64,000 nt of DNA from an uncultured Bacteroidales bacterium (GTDB taxonomy: Bacteria; Bacteroidota; Bacteroidia; Bacteroidales; VadinHA17). The DNA is taken from positions 4,310-68,309 of the forward strand of contig CAWEYU010000007.1 of assembly GCA_963813405.1 (NCBI GenBank), given 5' to 3'. The position numbers and the translations under genes were made by a program. The notes beneath the pieces were generated by a model, which did no database searches, was not told the origin of the DNA, and worked only from the letters and a program-made list of their open reading frames with translations. The number at the start of each line of letters is the position of its first letter. Position 1 is the first letter of the stretch. Shown here in pieces: positions 29,263 through 39,030 of the stretch.

Positions 29263-29339
29263 CAGGAGGGTGTAATAATGAACTACTAAAAGCCTTTTTC
29301 GCAAAGAATTGAAAATTTGACCATATTGATACGAGCCTG

Positions 29340-30200
29340 ATGAAGAAAACTGAATTAATTACAAATGCTGACGGCAGTATTTTCCATTTAAACCTGAAAC
29401 CAGGGGATATATCTGATAAGATTGTAATCGTTGGCGATCCGGGAAGGGTTGAAATGCTTTCTGCCATGCTTCATGATATCAGGGTAAGAAAGGAAAACCG
29501 CGAATTCAGAACCGTTACCGGTATGTTTGACCATAGTGAAATAACTATAATCTCATCAGGGATAGGAACAGATAATATCGATATAGTCCTTAATGAACTC
29601 GATGCCCTTGTGAACATTGATCTTGACAGCGGAGCAGTAAAAGATGATCTTGCTTCACTCACAATTGTCAGGATCGGTACATCCGGAGCACTCAGAAGGG
29701 ATATCCCGGCCGGATCGTGCCTGATGACTGAGACTGCAATCGGATTTGACGGTTTGCTTCATTTTTATGAAGGTTATGACTGGCTTCTTGATACAGGATT
29801 ATCCGACTCTCTGGTCGAGCACCTGGAATGGCCTGATGCCCTCTCCTATCCCTATGCAATTAATGCGAATAAAGAACTTCTGGAGTTTTTCAGCGTTGAA
29901 GGATTTATAAAAGGAATTACCATTTCTGCTCCCGGTTTTTATGCACCCCAGGGAAGAAGGTTGCGACTTGAAACATTTGATAATGAGATAAATGATAAGC
30001 TTGCAAGTTTCCAGTACAGAGGGAGGACAATTAGCAACTACGAAATGGAAAGTTCTGCCATTTATGGCCTCTCCGGTCTGCTGGGACATAAGGCCCTTAC
30101 AATCTGTGCAATTATTGGGAACAGAGTAACAGGAGAATTTGTATCTGATTATAAACCAATTATTTATGATATAGCTGAGAAGGTCTTCAGAAATATTTAA
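29340..30200 (+). CDS. Nucleoside phosphorylase (PNP_UDP_1 family, uridine phosphorylase-like)
   Basis: VGDPGRVEML, IGTSGAL, YEMESSAIYG motifs. Confidence 0.75.
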   Translation: MKKTELITNADGSIFHLNLKPGDISDKIVIVGDPGRVEMLSAMLHDIRVRKENREFRTVTGMFDHSEITIISSGIGTDNIDIVLNELDALVNIDLDSGAVKDDLASLTIVRIGTSGALRRDIPAGSCLMTETAIGFDGLLHFYEGYDWLLDTGLSDSLVEHLEWPDALSYPYAINANKELLEFFSVEGFIKGITISAPGFYAPQGRRLRLETFDNEINDKLASFQYRGRTISNYEMESSAIYGLSGLLGHKALTICAIIGNRVTGEFVSDYKPIIYDIAEKVFRNI

Positions 30201-30265
30201 GAAATTACATTCCCGGATATGCCAAATTTGGATATTTTTGCATATCGAACCTAAAAATCTAATAT

Positions 30266-31252
30266 ATGTCAGAAATTACTCAGGACAATAAGCATAATAA
30301 TGATGAAATTGATCTCCTGGACCTTTTCAGAAGAATGGGCAAAACAATAAGTCGTTGGGCAAAAGCAATCTCGCGTGCATTTCTGATTTCTGTGATTTTT
30401 CTGCTGAGAAGATGGTTACCTCTTGCAATAAGTTTAATAGCTGCAATTGGTGTTTCATATTTATTTAAAACGACATCCGAATCGTCTTATACCTCAGACA
30501 TGGTAGCCCGTAACAATGCCGTCACCAATGCTGATATGATCGCATATATAAACAGACTTCACACTTATTGCCGTGAGAATAATAAATCTGCATTGGCAAC
30601 TTCACTTTCGATTAATCCTGAAACAACGAAAAATATTTTAGATATCAGTGCTTACTGGATTATTGACAAAGGACGGGATGGAATACCAGATGAAGTTGAC
30701 TACTCGGATAATCATAATGTGTATGACACAATAAATATCCGAATGCAGGATCGGTTTGATGTCAGGGTTAAAATAAAAGCTCCCCAGGAACTTACGTTAT
30801 TGCAGAATAGCATTATATCTTTTGTAAAAAAAGACCCTTTGTTTCAGCAGAAAAACGAAGTAAGAAAAAGGCTTAACCAGGATATGCTGACACGCCTTGG
30901 CTATGATATCTCGCAACTTGACTCTCTTCAGAAAATCAAATTACAACAGGAAACAAAGAGCAGGCTTGCCCAATCATCAGGACAGATTATATTCATGCAG
31001 GATCAGAAAACCCAGTTAGTATATACCGACATATATCAACTATATGCAAAGAAACAAAATCTTGAATCTGAAATAGATTTGTACCCTGAGATTGTAACAG
31101 TGCTGAGTGATTTTAATTTGCCTGCAAAGCCTGATAACGGAACACTGTTTTACGGAAAGTATATTATCCCGGTCTTCCTGGGATTAACCCTTCTCGTTTT
31201 GATCATTCTGGCAAACAGGAAGAAGCTTATTGAAGTATACAACAAATATTAA
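30266..31252 (+). CDS. Membrane protein with Wzz/chain-length-determinant-like topology
   Basis: DEIDLLDLFRRM followed by a TM, a coiled-coil-rich periplasmic region and a C-terminal TM (IIPVFLGLTLLVLIILA). Sits at the edge of the glycan locus. Family assignment is tentative. Confidence 0.4.
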   Translation: MSEITQDNKHNNDEIDLLDLFRRMGKTISRWAKAISRAFLISVIFLLRRWLPLAISLIAAIGVSYLFKTTSESSYTSDMVARNNAVTNADMIAYINRLHTYCRENNKSALATSLSINPETTKNILDISAYWIIDKGRDGIPDEVDYSDNHNVYDTINIRMQDRFDVRVKIKAPQELTLLQNSIISFVKKDPLFQQKNEVRKRLNQDMLTRLGYDISQLDSLQKIKLQQETKSRLAQSSGQIIFMQDQKTQLVYTDIYQLYAKKQNLESEIDLYPEIVTVLSDFNLPAKPDNGTLFYGKYIIPVFLGLTLLVLIILANRKKLIEVYNKY

Positions 31253-31280
31253 AAAAAGGGAGCTGTTCGCTCCCTTTTTA
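31253..31280. terminator. Bidirectional rho-independent terminator
   Basis: aaaaaGGGAGCtgttcGCTCCCttttt between convergent genes. Confidence 0.7.
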
Positions 31281-31303
31281 ATTCAATAAATATCCACTAT
31301 TCC

Positions 31304-32611
31304 TCAGTCTGGAAGAGTTTTCGAATTTGGAATGCTAAGATTTCCTGAGTCCACATAAATTAAAAGGAAGGAGAAAAGGGCAAAAAACGATACACCGGCC
31401 AGTCTGTTTAAAATTGATTCGAACATAAAAAATATCAGCATCATCAGAATAAAAATCCCGTAGAGTAAATTCCTCTTTCTAATTGCCAGATAAGCCATCA
31501 TTCCCAGAATTGAGATAAAAATTAAAAATCCAATTAGTCCGGAAGCTAATAATACTTCCAAAAACTGGTTATGTGCATTTAGATTATCATAATATCCGTT
31601 TACATAGCCTGAATCCTTGAATTCTTTCTTTAACCTCTCACTTGAATCACCGATTCCTACTCCCAAAAGCATATTATTCCTGATGACCATTACAGCTGAT
31701 TTCCAGATTGGTATACGGAAATCCATAGAAACTTTTTGTACTAAAGTGCTATTTTGCGGATCGTTAAAAAAGAATCGGACCCTCTGGTTGGTAAGGAAAA
31801 TATAAGAAGAAACTGATAATATTATAACCATTATTCCTATGGTCAGGAAATTGAGACGCTTTTTTCCGAGCTTAATAATAAGGTACAAAGGCAATGTAAC
31901 TAAGGCTGCCAGGTAGGCTGCCCTCGAAGAAAGGAAATATATCGAACCTAATAGAAAAATGCTGGAAATAAGCCACAATATACGTTGACTCTTCCTCACC
32001 TCTTTATTGTCGAACGAATCAAATGCCACAAACATTGATAAAACAATGTACATTCCAACATATGATGGATGCTGAAATAGCGTAAAACTATCTCCAAGAA
32101 AATAATTTGTCCATTCATAATCAGGCTCATGTGGATTAAAGATCAGATTCCCGTCTTGAATTGTAATTGATCTGGAAAATGCATAAACAAAGCAAACTAT
32201 CAAATATAATATTGTTGCGAGAGTGAATATCTTAAGAAGCAACTTTATATTTTTCTTTATCTGGTTTCCCGGTGAATATAATATAATGGGAAAAACTAAT
32301 AAGGATAAACTCCTGAACAATATCAGAGTCCCATTTTGTATATCTTTTGAGTATGTTAATCCCGCCATGATCCAGATGTAATAGAGGAAAAAGCCAAATG
32401 TTAAAAACAATATATCCCTTCCAATTTCGGGAAATTTGTACCCGCTGCAAAAAAATTCAACTATCCTGCATAATCCCCAGGCCATAAGAAAGGGCGGAAG
32501 ATACCTTACCTGAATTGGTATTATTACCAGGGATAAAACAGCAAACATGTAAGAAAAATAGCCTTCCTGCCAAAGCCCCCTGTCAAAAACTCTCTTCAAA
32601 GCATTAAGCAT
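31304..32611 (-). CDS. O-antigen ligase/polymerase (Wzy_C-like) family membrane protein
   Basis: 10 or more TM helices. Periplasmic loop containing AHNQFLEVLLASGLIGF, a Wzy_C-type motif. Confidence 0.7.
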   Translation of the reverse strand: MLNALKRVFDRGLWQEGYFSYMFAVLSLVIIPIQVRYLPPFLMAWGLCRIVEFFCSGYKFPEIGRDILFLTFGFFLYYIWIMAGLTYSKDIQNGTLILFRSLSLLVFPIILYSPGNQIKKNIKLLLKIFTLATILYLIVCFVYAFSRSITIQDGNLIFNPHEPDYEWTNYFLGDSFTLFQHPSYVGMYIVLSMFVAFDSFDNKEVRKSQRILWLISSIFLLGSIYFLSSRAAYLAALVTLPLYLIIKLGKKRLNFLTIGIMVIILSVSSYIFLTNQRVRFFFNDPQNSTLVQKVSMDFRIPIWKSAVMVIRNNMLLGVGIGDSSERLKKEFKDSGYVNGYYDNLNAHNQFLEVLLASGLIGFLIFISILGMMAYLAIRKRNLLYGIFILMMLIFFMFESILNRLAGVSFFALFSFLLIYVDSGNLSIPNSKTLPD

Positions 32612-32683
32612 AAGTAAAAACTCTTAAAAGAATTGAAAACAAAAATCCCGATTAGTGTGTATTGACTTATTAAAATTTTCAAA

Positions 32684-33049
32684 TCATTTATACTCTGTAA
32701 AAATATAATCATTCTCATCAAAAGTTTCTGATGCCAGGACCATCAGAATAGCATTATCGGAAAATTCGTACATCTTATGCCAGTCAGATGGATTTAGTAT
32801 TACACAAACAGAGGGTCTGTTCAGATGAAATTCCTGTTGAGTATTATCGTCATCACTGAAAATTTTACATTCTCCCTGTAAACATACTGCTGCCTGCACT
32901 GTTTTATGATGCCGATGGCCGCCTCTTACCGAGTTATCAACTCCATAAATATAAAACACCCTTTTTATATCAAAAGGAAGAACATTCTCAATCACAGTAA
33001 GATTTCCTCGTTCGTCCGTATGAGTTTCAAGATCAATTATATGTGCCAT
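32684..33049 (-). CDS. Sugar 3,4-ketoisomerase (FdtA/QdtA, WxcM-like cupin)
   Basis: DERGNLTVIE, RVFYIYGV and RGGHRHHK motifs. Confidence 0.8.
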   Translation of the reverse strand: MAHIIDLETHTDERGNLTVIENVLPFDIKRVFYIYGVDNSVRGGHRHHKTVQAAVCLQGECKIFSDDDNTQQEFHLNRPSVCVILNPSDWHKMYEFSDNAILMVLASETFDENDYIFTEYK

Positions 33050-33051
33050 TA

Positions 33052-34032
33052 TTAATTGATATTCAATATATTATAACCAAATATTTTTTTAAATCCGACC
33101 TTTAACAGATTCTTAAAATTATCGGCTTTCATTTCTGTAATACCACTCTTGTATCCGGGGAAAGTCTCTTTCAGCATTTTTTCAATTTCTGAAACTTTCT
33201 CAAGATATGGTAAATAAACAAGCTTCTTTAGTTTTGGCTGTATATAATACCATCCGATATCTACCTGACCATTTTTAAGAAATTTCACATACTGAAAATG
33301 GTAAAAAACTACATCAAATGTATTCTGATTATTTTTCAGGGTACCCCCAATTGAATTCTGTTCTTTCCGGAATTTGTATCGCGTTATGTTCCAGGGTGCA
33401 ACTCCTCCACCCTGATGCAGAAGTATATGAATATTCGAATATCTGACAGGCCAATCATCAAGATATTTCTGATCACCGAACTTTCCATCTTCATGCCTTG
33501 AAAAGCACCAGTCAATACACTGTCTTCTCCATTTGTCGAGAACTTCCAGGCTATCTTTTTCCCTGGTAAATGTAATGAACTGAACACAGAATCTGCCACT
33601 GCGTTTCTCTTCATATAACTGTGGAAGCCATGAATACCGATGCTCGGTTATCAGAACAGATTTTTTATTATCATTCATTTCATCAACCAGTACTGCAGGA
33701 TCGGAATAGAATATCAGATCTGCATCAATGTAGGTGCAATGTGACAAAGAATATTTTCTTATCAGATACGAAATTGTTGAAGGAGTGCATGTCCAGCAGT
33801 ACTCAGCCCTGGTCCTCTCCTTTTTCACCTTTCGTAATTCATCAGTCTCAAAATCGTCAAGCGGTATAACAGTTACATAATTTAATCCAAGACTAACCAG
33901 TATCTCTTTTGTCAGATCATCGAAAGCAAAAATGTACAAATGGAAATCCTTCGCATTTGCCTTAAGCGATTCATACATAGCCAGTCCCCTGCTTAAATAA
34001 AATGAATCAAATAATGTACAATAATATTGCAT
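33052..34032 (-). CDS. Putative glycosyltransferase (GT-A/GT8-like nucleotide-diphospho-sugar transferase fold)
   Basis: YYCTLFDSFYL N-terminus and a DxD-like YIDADLIFYSDP. Context in the glycan locus. Confidence 0.5.
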   Translation of the reverse strand: MQYYCTLFDSFYLSRGLAMYESLKANAKDFHLYIFAFDDLTKEILVSLGLNYVTVIPLDDFETDELRKVKKERTRAEYCWTCTPSTISYLIRKYSLSHCTYIDADLIFYSDPAVLVDEMNDNKKSVLITEHRYSWLPQLYEEKRSGRFCVQFITFTREKDSLEVLDKWRRQCIDWCFSRHEDGKFGDQKYLDDWPVRYSNIHILLHQGGGVAPWNITRYKFRKEQNSIGGTLKNNQNTFDVVFYHFQYVKFLKNGQVDIGWYYIQPKLKKLVYLPYLEKVSEIEKMLKETFPGYKSGITEMKADNFKNLLKVGFKKIFGYNILNIN

Positions 34033-34068
34033 TCAGACTTCAAATAACCTTAATAATTGCCTAGCTTT

Positions 34069-35739
34069 TCAATTGGCAGACACTTGTTTAAAACCGCTTT
34101 GCAAATCCTTTCCTCTCAAAACTACATCTTTAAGAGGAAATGGCACACACGGGATTTCAACATTGAAACACCCACCTTCAGGGACAGGAACGCGATATTC
34201 GAAATTTGAGTGAAAGTTATTTGTAGCGACAGTTCCAAAAGGGGCAGAAATAATCCACAGTTTTGGATTTTTTATTGTTTCAACCGGAAAATTGACTCTC
34301 CTGTAAATAATCAAAAATAAGAAACATAGTAAACCAATCTTTATATATCGGAGCAAAAATTGTTGACTTGAATACTCAATAAGCATTATCAGATATGAAA
34401 TTGTCAGAGAAAACCCGGCAAAAATAAAGCCATATGCAAATCTTGGATCAGGGGCCATCAAAAACCAGAAAGCAATATTTAAATAAACAAAAGCCTGGAT
34501 TTTTGCAAGGTAGAAATCCCTTCTGATAAGCATTACAATAAATGTTATTATCGAAAAGCTGTTGCCTATCACCATCAATTTATTATTGAAGTTCAAACCT
34601 CTGAACCATGGTAAAATCCACTCCTGAATTTGCATCTTTGCTACCTCCGTATACGGTAAAGCAGATAATCTTGCAAATCCTTCAATTTCCGATTTCATTG
34701 CTAAAACATTTTCATGCGGTATTTTCCAATCGACACTAAAAATGTCAATCCCCGGAAGAGGATAAAATAAATAACCGGATAAAAAGTAGTTCCTTATCAG
34801 AAATGGAGTGAAGACCATGATGAAAATAACAAAAGTTATCAGGCTCCTCCTCAAAAAGTCTTTTTCCAGAAAAAATAATAATGATATAAATACAAGTATC
34901 GAGCTAAGCTTATACCCAATGCAACTGAAGACTACAAGATTCAAAAGTATTAGTTGAGAATATTTATAATCCCTCACCTTCCCTGCTTTCTCAAATATAA
35001 AATTGAATATATACAATATCAGAATCGTACATATTATATCAGGTGAAGGTGAATTCAGATCAGGTATCAGTATAAATATTCCAATCAAAAAGATCAAACA
35101 ATAAAAAACCGTTCTCCAGGCAGTCCCCAATTTGATTTCACGGCTGATCAACAGGAATAATTTAATACCAAACACTATAAAACAGATCCCATTAATTGGA
35201 AAGATCAAAATATCTTTTATCTGGATCGTAAACAGGGCCGATATTACAAAAAACATTGAATTGAATGCTAACCTTCCATGAATATTTCCCAGACCTGGTA
35301 CAACAGAATATTTTCTTATCCATTGAATTGTCTGAGCGTGATATGATTCCGTGTCACCCAAAGTTATCTTTTGAACAACAGCTGTCAATATAAAAAAGAT
35401 TAAGAAGCATAATATCAGTAATTCTGCCCAGCTGAATAATGAAACAGACTTAAATATTTCCTTAAAACCTGTTATCAGCTCCCGGTAGCTTACAAGAAAT
35501 AAAACCAAAGTAAGCAGAGTTACAGAGAACAATACTTTGTTATCGATAGGAATTACAATTGAAAGAATACCTGCAACAACCGATAATGTCAGAAACCCTA
35601 AGAAAAAGAAATGGTCGACACCGAAATTATTATCAACATCACGATTTTTTGTAATCCGATCGATGGTTTTAACAACTGAGAATCCAATCACGTAAAAGAT
35701 GAAGAAAATATACAGCCAGATAAAAAGGATCAGAATCAT
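34069..35739 (-). CDS. Polytopic membrane protein (candidate GT-C-like glycosyltransferase or polymerase)
   Basis: More than 12 predicted TM helices and no soluble-domain motifs I recognise. Immediately downstream of a small GT2. Confidence 0.4.
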   Translation of the reverse strand: MILILFIWLYIFFIFYVIGFSVVKTIDRITKNRDVDNNFGVDHFFFLGFLTLSVVAGILSIVIPIDNKVLFSVTLLTLVLFLVSYRELITGFKEIFKSVSLFSWAELLILCFLIFFILTAVVQKITLGDTESYHAQTIQWIRKYSVVPGLGNIHGRLAFNSMFFVISALFTIQIKDILIFPINGICFIVFGIKLFLLISREIKLGTAWRTVFYCLIFLIGIFILIPDLNSPSPDIICTILILYIFNFIFEKAGKVRDYKYSQLILLNLVVFSCIGYKLSSILVFISLLFFLEKDFLRRSLITFVIFIMVFTPFLIRNYFLSGYLFYPLPGIDIFSVDWKIPHENVLAMKSEIEGFARLSALPYTEVAKMQIQEWILPWFRGLNFNNKLMVIGNSFSIITFIVMLIRRDFYLAKIQAFVYLNIAFWFLMAPDPRFAYGFIFAGFSLTISYLIMLIEYSSQQFLLRYIKIGLLCFLFLIIYRRVNFPVETIKNPKLWIISAPFGTVATNNFHSNFEYRVPVPEGGCFNVEIPCVPFPLKDVVLRGKDLQSGFKQVSAN

Positions 35740-35742
35740 GAT

Positions 35743-36465
35743 TTAAGCTCTGAACAATCCATATTTAAAAATGCAATAAATAGCTCTGAATCCGTCCTTC
35801 CAGCCGATTTTCTTCCCGTCATCATAATCTCTGCCGAAATATGAGATTCCAACCTCATAAATTCTTATTTTGGGTATTCTTGAAATCTTTATTGTCACTT
35901 CAGGTTCAAAGCCGAATCGCTTTTCGTTTAACTTAACGGATTGAATTATTTTAGTATTGAAGAGCTTATAGCAGGTCTCCATATCCGTAAGATTAAGATT
36001 CGAAAACATATTTGTTAAAAATGTCAGGAACTTATTACCCACAGTATGCCAGAAAAACAATATCCTATGGGGATTACTTCCGATGAAACGAGATCCATAT
36101 ACTACATCTGCAAAACCTGCAATAACTGGTCTGAGTAATTCATTGTACTCATTTGGATCGTACTCATTATCTGCATCCTGAACTATAAGGTACTCACCAT
36201 TGGCCAGAGATATTCCTGTATGTAAAGCGGCACCTTTACCTTTATTTTCCTCATGCTGACAATAAATTATGCTCAGTTCAGGATTGGCGGTGACAAATTT
36301 TTGAATTTCATAGTTTGTATTATCCGTTGAGCAATCATTTATAATTATTATCTCTTTTCTTATATTACCTGTAAGTTCAACATCTTTGATTTTATTCAAA
36401 ATCAGTGATATTGTTGCTCCTTCATTAAAGACAGGAATAATTATGGAAAGTATGGTTACTGACAC
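35743..36465 (-). CDS. Glycosyltransferase family 2 (polyprenyl-phosphate sugar synthase-like)
   Basis: IIIPVFNEG, INDCSTDNT, VQDADNEYDP. GTG start. Confidence 0.85.
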   Translation of the reverse strand: MSVTILSIIIPVFNEGATISLILNKIKDVELTGNIRKEIIIINDCSTDNTNYEIQKFVTANPELSIIYCQHEENKGKGAALHTGISLANGEYLIVQDADNEYDPNEYNELLRPVIAGFADVVYGSRFIGSNPHRILFFWHTVGNKFLTFLTNMFSNLNLTDMETCYKLFNTKIIQSVKLNEKRFGFEPEVTIKISRIPKIRIYEVGISYFGRDYDDGKKIGWKDGFRAIYCIFKYGLFRA

Positions 36466-36498
36466 AGCAAATATGATATTTTCAGACTTGAGCTCAAT

Positions 36499-38007
36499 TT
36501 ATTTATTTGCTTTTAATAAAGCATAACTTGATTTACCGATATCGATACCGGCGTAGTTTTGCTGGTCAAGATCGGTTTCTTTAAAGAATTTGTCAATAGC
36601 TTTTTTATCAAGGAAAATCAGCAACCCTGGTTTTGAATTCATATTGTAATTCTGCTTTCCATTGAAATAGGATTTCCAGCCCTCTACATAACCCTGGTCT
36701 GCCACATCATTTCCTTCCTTGCCAAGAGCAAAACCAAAAAGGTCTATATTATTTTCATAATGTAAATAGGTCTTCAATGAAACTGACTTCTCATAGTGTT
36801 CTACAGGGTCTGCAATAGCCATCACCTGAGAGCCTGCCATAAAATTGACAGATATTGCAGATAATAATTCATTGGTTTCTTTTCCATCCCTGGAGAAGGC
36901 CACTGCCTCATTTAAAGATCTGATGCCATATGGTAAAAATGATAATAAAACCATTACTAATGCCAGTTTCTTAAACCATCCGGGGTTATCTTCAATGTTC
37001 CTGATACAGGTTACTATAAAAAACCCAAGTCCAAAAGAAGATGGTAAAAGATATCGCTCCTCTAACCCTGTCTTGGAATAAAGAATAATATTGGGTATTA
37101 AAATCAGACCGAAAAATGCGAATGAAAGAAAATTGAGTTTTATAATCCTTGTTTTAATTAATATTCCGATAATAAACAACAACAGGATGACAATCAGTAA
37201 ATTCAAATATGTCTTTATAAAGTGAAACGTAGTCACCATTATATTACCGAAAATATCGGAGAACTTTGAGTCCAGCCCTGCATAGCTGGTCCCGACTTTA
37301 TACCTGATTACATATATTTCAATGAAAAGTACAATTAGTGGAAATATTAGAAGAAAATTCCTGAATATCGATTCTTTAATGGAGAACCACTTGTTTTCTT
37401 TTTCATACCAGATCTTAAAAAAAATCATTGCGGGAATAATAATAAGGAAACTCTCTTTCGTTAGTGATGAAAGTATCAGGAAAAATATAAAAAGAAGGTT
37501 ATTAAGCTGATAATTTCCTTTTTTAAAAGATATTGCCATAAAATAGAATGATAAACCAAGAAAAACCATTCCAAGGCTTTCCCCAGGACCCAGTCGCCAC
37601 CAGATTGATGCCTGAGGACCAATAAAGGTTATAATCAATAATGCGATTGATTCTCCGAAACTAAACTTCAAATGCCTCATACCAAAATAGAACAGTGCAA
37701 GGGCGAAACAGCATAGAAAACCATTATATAACGACCATTTTACGAAATCAGAGCCAAAGAGCTTAGTTTCACAAACCCTGTGGATGTAATAGAGAGGTCT
37801 GAACCTGGTATTATTATTTAAGTCTTCTTTTACCCAATTCTTTGAAACATTGATCAGCGATGATGATTTCAAATCGTTTTTCATTCTGATAACTTCATGA
37901 TCATCAACAAAATGAAAACCTGAAGTTATTGTACCTGAGAAAAATAGAAAAAGAAAAACCACAACAAAAATGGTTAAAACTACTATTGGGTTACTCCTTT
38001 CTTTCAT
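36499..38007 (-). CDS. Polytopic membrane protein, GT-C (ArnT/PMT-like) candidate
   Basis: First loop FHFVDDHEV...RFRPLYY resembles the acidic first-loop motif of GT-C enzymes. About 11 TM helices plus a C-terminal soluble domain. Confidence 0.45.
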   Translation of the reverse strand: MKERSNPIVVLTIFVVVFLFLFFSGTITSGFHFVDDHEVIRMKNDLKSSSLINVSKNWVKEDLNNNTRFRPLYYIHRVCETKLFGSDFVKWSLYNGFLCCFALALFYFGMRHLKFSFGESIALLIITFIGPQASIWWRLGPGESLGMVFLGLSFYFMAISFKKGNYQLNNLLFIFFLILSSLTKESFLIIIPAMIFFKIWYEKENKWFSIKESIFRNFLLIFPLIVLFIEIYVIRYKVGTSYAGLDSKFSDIFGNIMVTTFHFIKTYLNLLIVILLLFIIGILIKTRIIKLNFLSFAFFGLILIPNIILYSKTGLEERYLLPSSFGLGFFIVTCIRNIEDNPGWFKKLALVMVLLSFLPYGIRSLNEAVAFSRDGKETNELLSAISVNFMAGSQVMAIADPVEHYEKSVSLKTYLHYENNIDLFGFALGKEGNDVADQGYVEGWKSYFNGKQNYNMNSKPGLLIFLDKKAIDKFFKETDLDQQNYAGIDIGKSSYALLKANK

Positions 38008-38048
38008 TTGAACCTGTAAGTATTTTTGTGGTACGATTATAAAAATAA

Positions 38049-38999
38049 TTATTCTGTTATTTCGGAATCAATGCTATTCTCTTTTATGATATAATGAGGA
38101 CGTTTTTTTGATTCCATGAAGATCTTTCCAATGTACTCACCAAGTATACCTATCATTATTAATTGAATTCCTCCAATAAAAGTTACCATAAAAAAAACTG
38201 ATGTCCAACCTTCAATGGAATCGCTGGTAAAGAATTTGATATATAATGCATATATGCCGTAAATCAGCGACAAGAAGGCAATTGAAACTCCAATTAATGT
38301 AGAAATGCGCAGTGGTTTTACACTAAAACCGGTCACACCTGAAACAGCCAGTGCAAACATTTTTTTACCTGAGTATTTTGTTGAGCCCCAGGCTCTGGCA
38401 TCAGGGATATATTCAATCCCAATCTGTTTGAATCCAAGCCATTTTATCATCCCCCGGAAGAAGATTGACTGTTCACTTAGTTTATTCAATTCAAATGCAG
38501 CATTTTTATCAAGCAACCTGAAATCTGCCTCTCCTTTCTCAAAACTTATGTCAGAAATGGCATTCATTAATTTGTAAAATAGCCGTCCGGTAACCTTTTT
38601 AAAGTATGGAATTCTCTGTACATCTTTTCTTATAGTATAGACTATATCATAACCATCCATCCATTTTTGTATAAGTTCAGGAATAAGTTCCGGAGGGTGC
38701 TGCAGATCTGCATCTAACGAAATAATACAATCACCTGTTGCATGAAGTGTTCCTGCCCTTAATGCATTCTGGTGTCCGAAGTTTCGTGAAAAGGATAAAT
38801 AATTTATTTTCGGAAATTCAATATGCTTTCTTCTGAGAATTGCCAATGTATCATCATCGCTGCCATCATCAATGAAAATAATTTCATAATCGTGGTAAAG
38901 CACCAGCACTTTCATTAACCTTCCGACCAGTTGTGAAATACACCCTTCTTCATTATATACCGGGACAATGACTGAAACCTTAAAGTTCCCGTTTCTCAT
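38049..38999 (-). CDS. Glycosyltransferase family 2, GtrB/ArnC-like (polyprenyl-phosphate glycosyltransferase)
   Basis: VIVPVYNEE, IDDGSDDDT, LDADLQHPPE and two C-terminal TM helices. Confidence 0.85.
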   Translation of the reverse strand: MRNGNFKVSVIVPVYNEEGCISQLVGRLMKVLVLYHDYEIIFIDDGSDDDTLAILRRKHIEFPKINYLSFSRNFGHQNALRAGTLHATGDCIISLDADLQHPPELIPELIQKWMDGYDIVYTIRKDVQRIPYFKKVTGRLFYKLMNAISDISFEKGEADFRLLDKNAAFELNKLSEQSIFFRGMIKWLGFKQIGIEYIPDARAWGSTKYSGKKMFALAVSGVTGFSVKPLRISTLIGVSIAFLSLIYGIYALYIKFFTSDSIEGWTSVFFMVTFIGGIQLIMIGILGEYIGKIFMESKKRPHYIIKENSIDSEITE

Positions 39000-39030
39000 G
39001 ATTCTATCAGTTTAAACTTTATTTGATCAA

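Noticed and set aside
29153-29467. 104-aa minus-strand ORF spanning the TolC / nucleoside phosphorylase intergenic region.
   Set aside because: Its middle (...HLAPCTAPCTLHL...) is just the translation of the GGTGCAG heptamer array and the G6/C6 hairpin, and its ends overlap two well-supported + strand genes.
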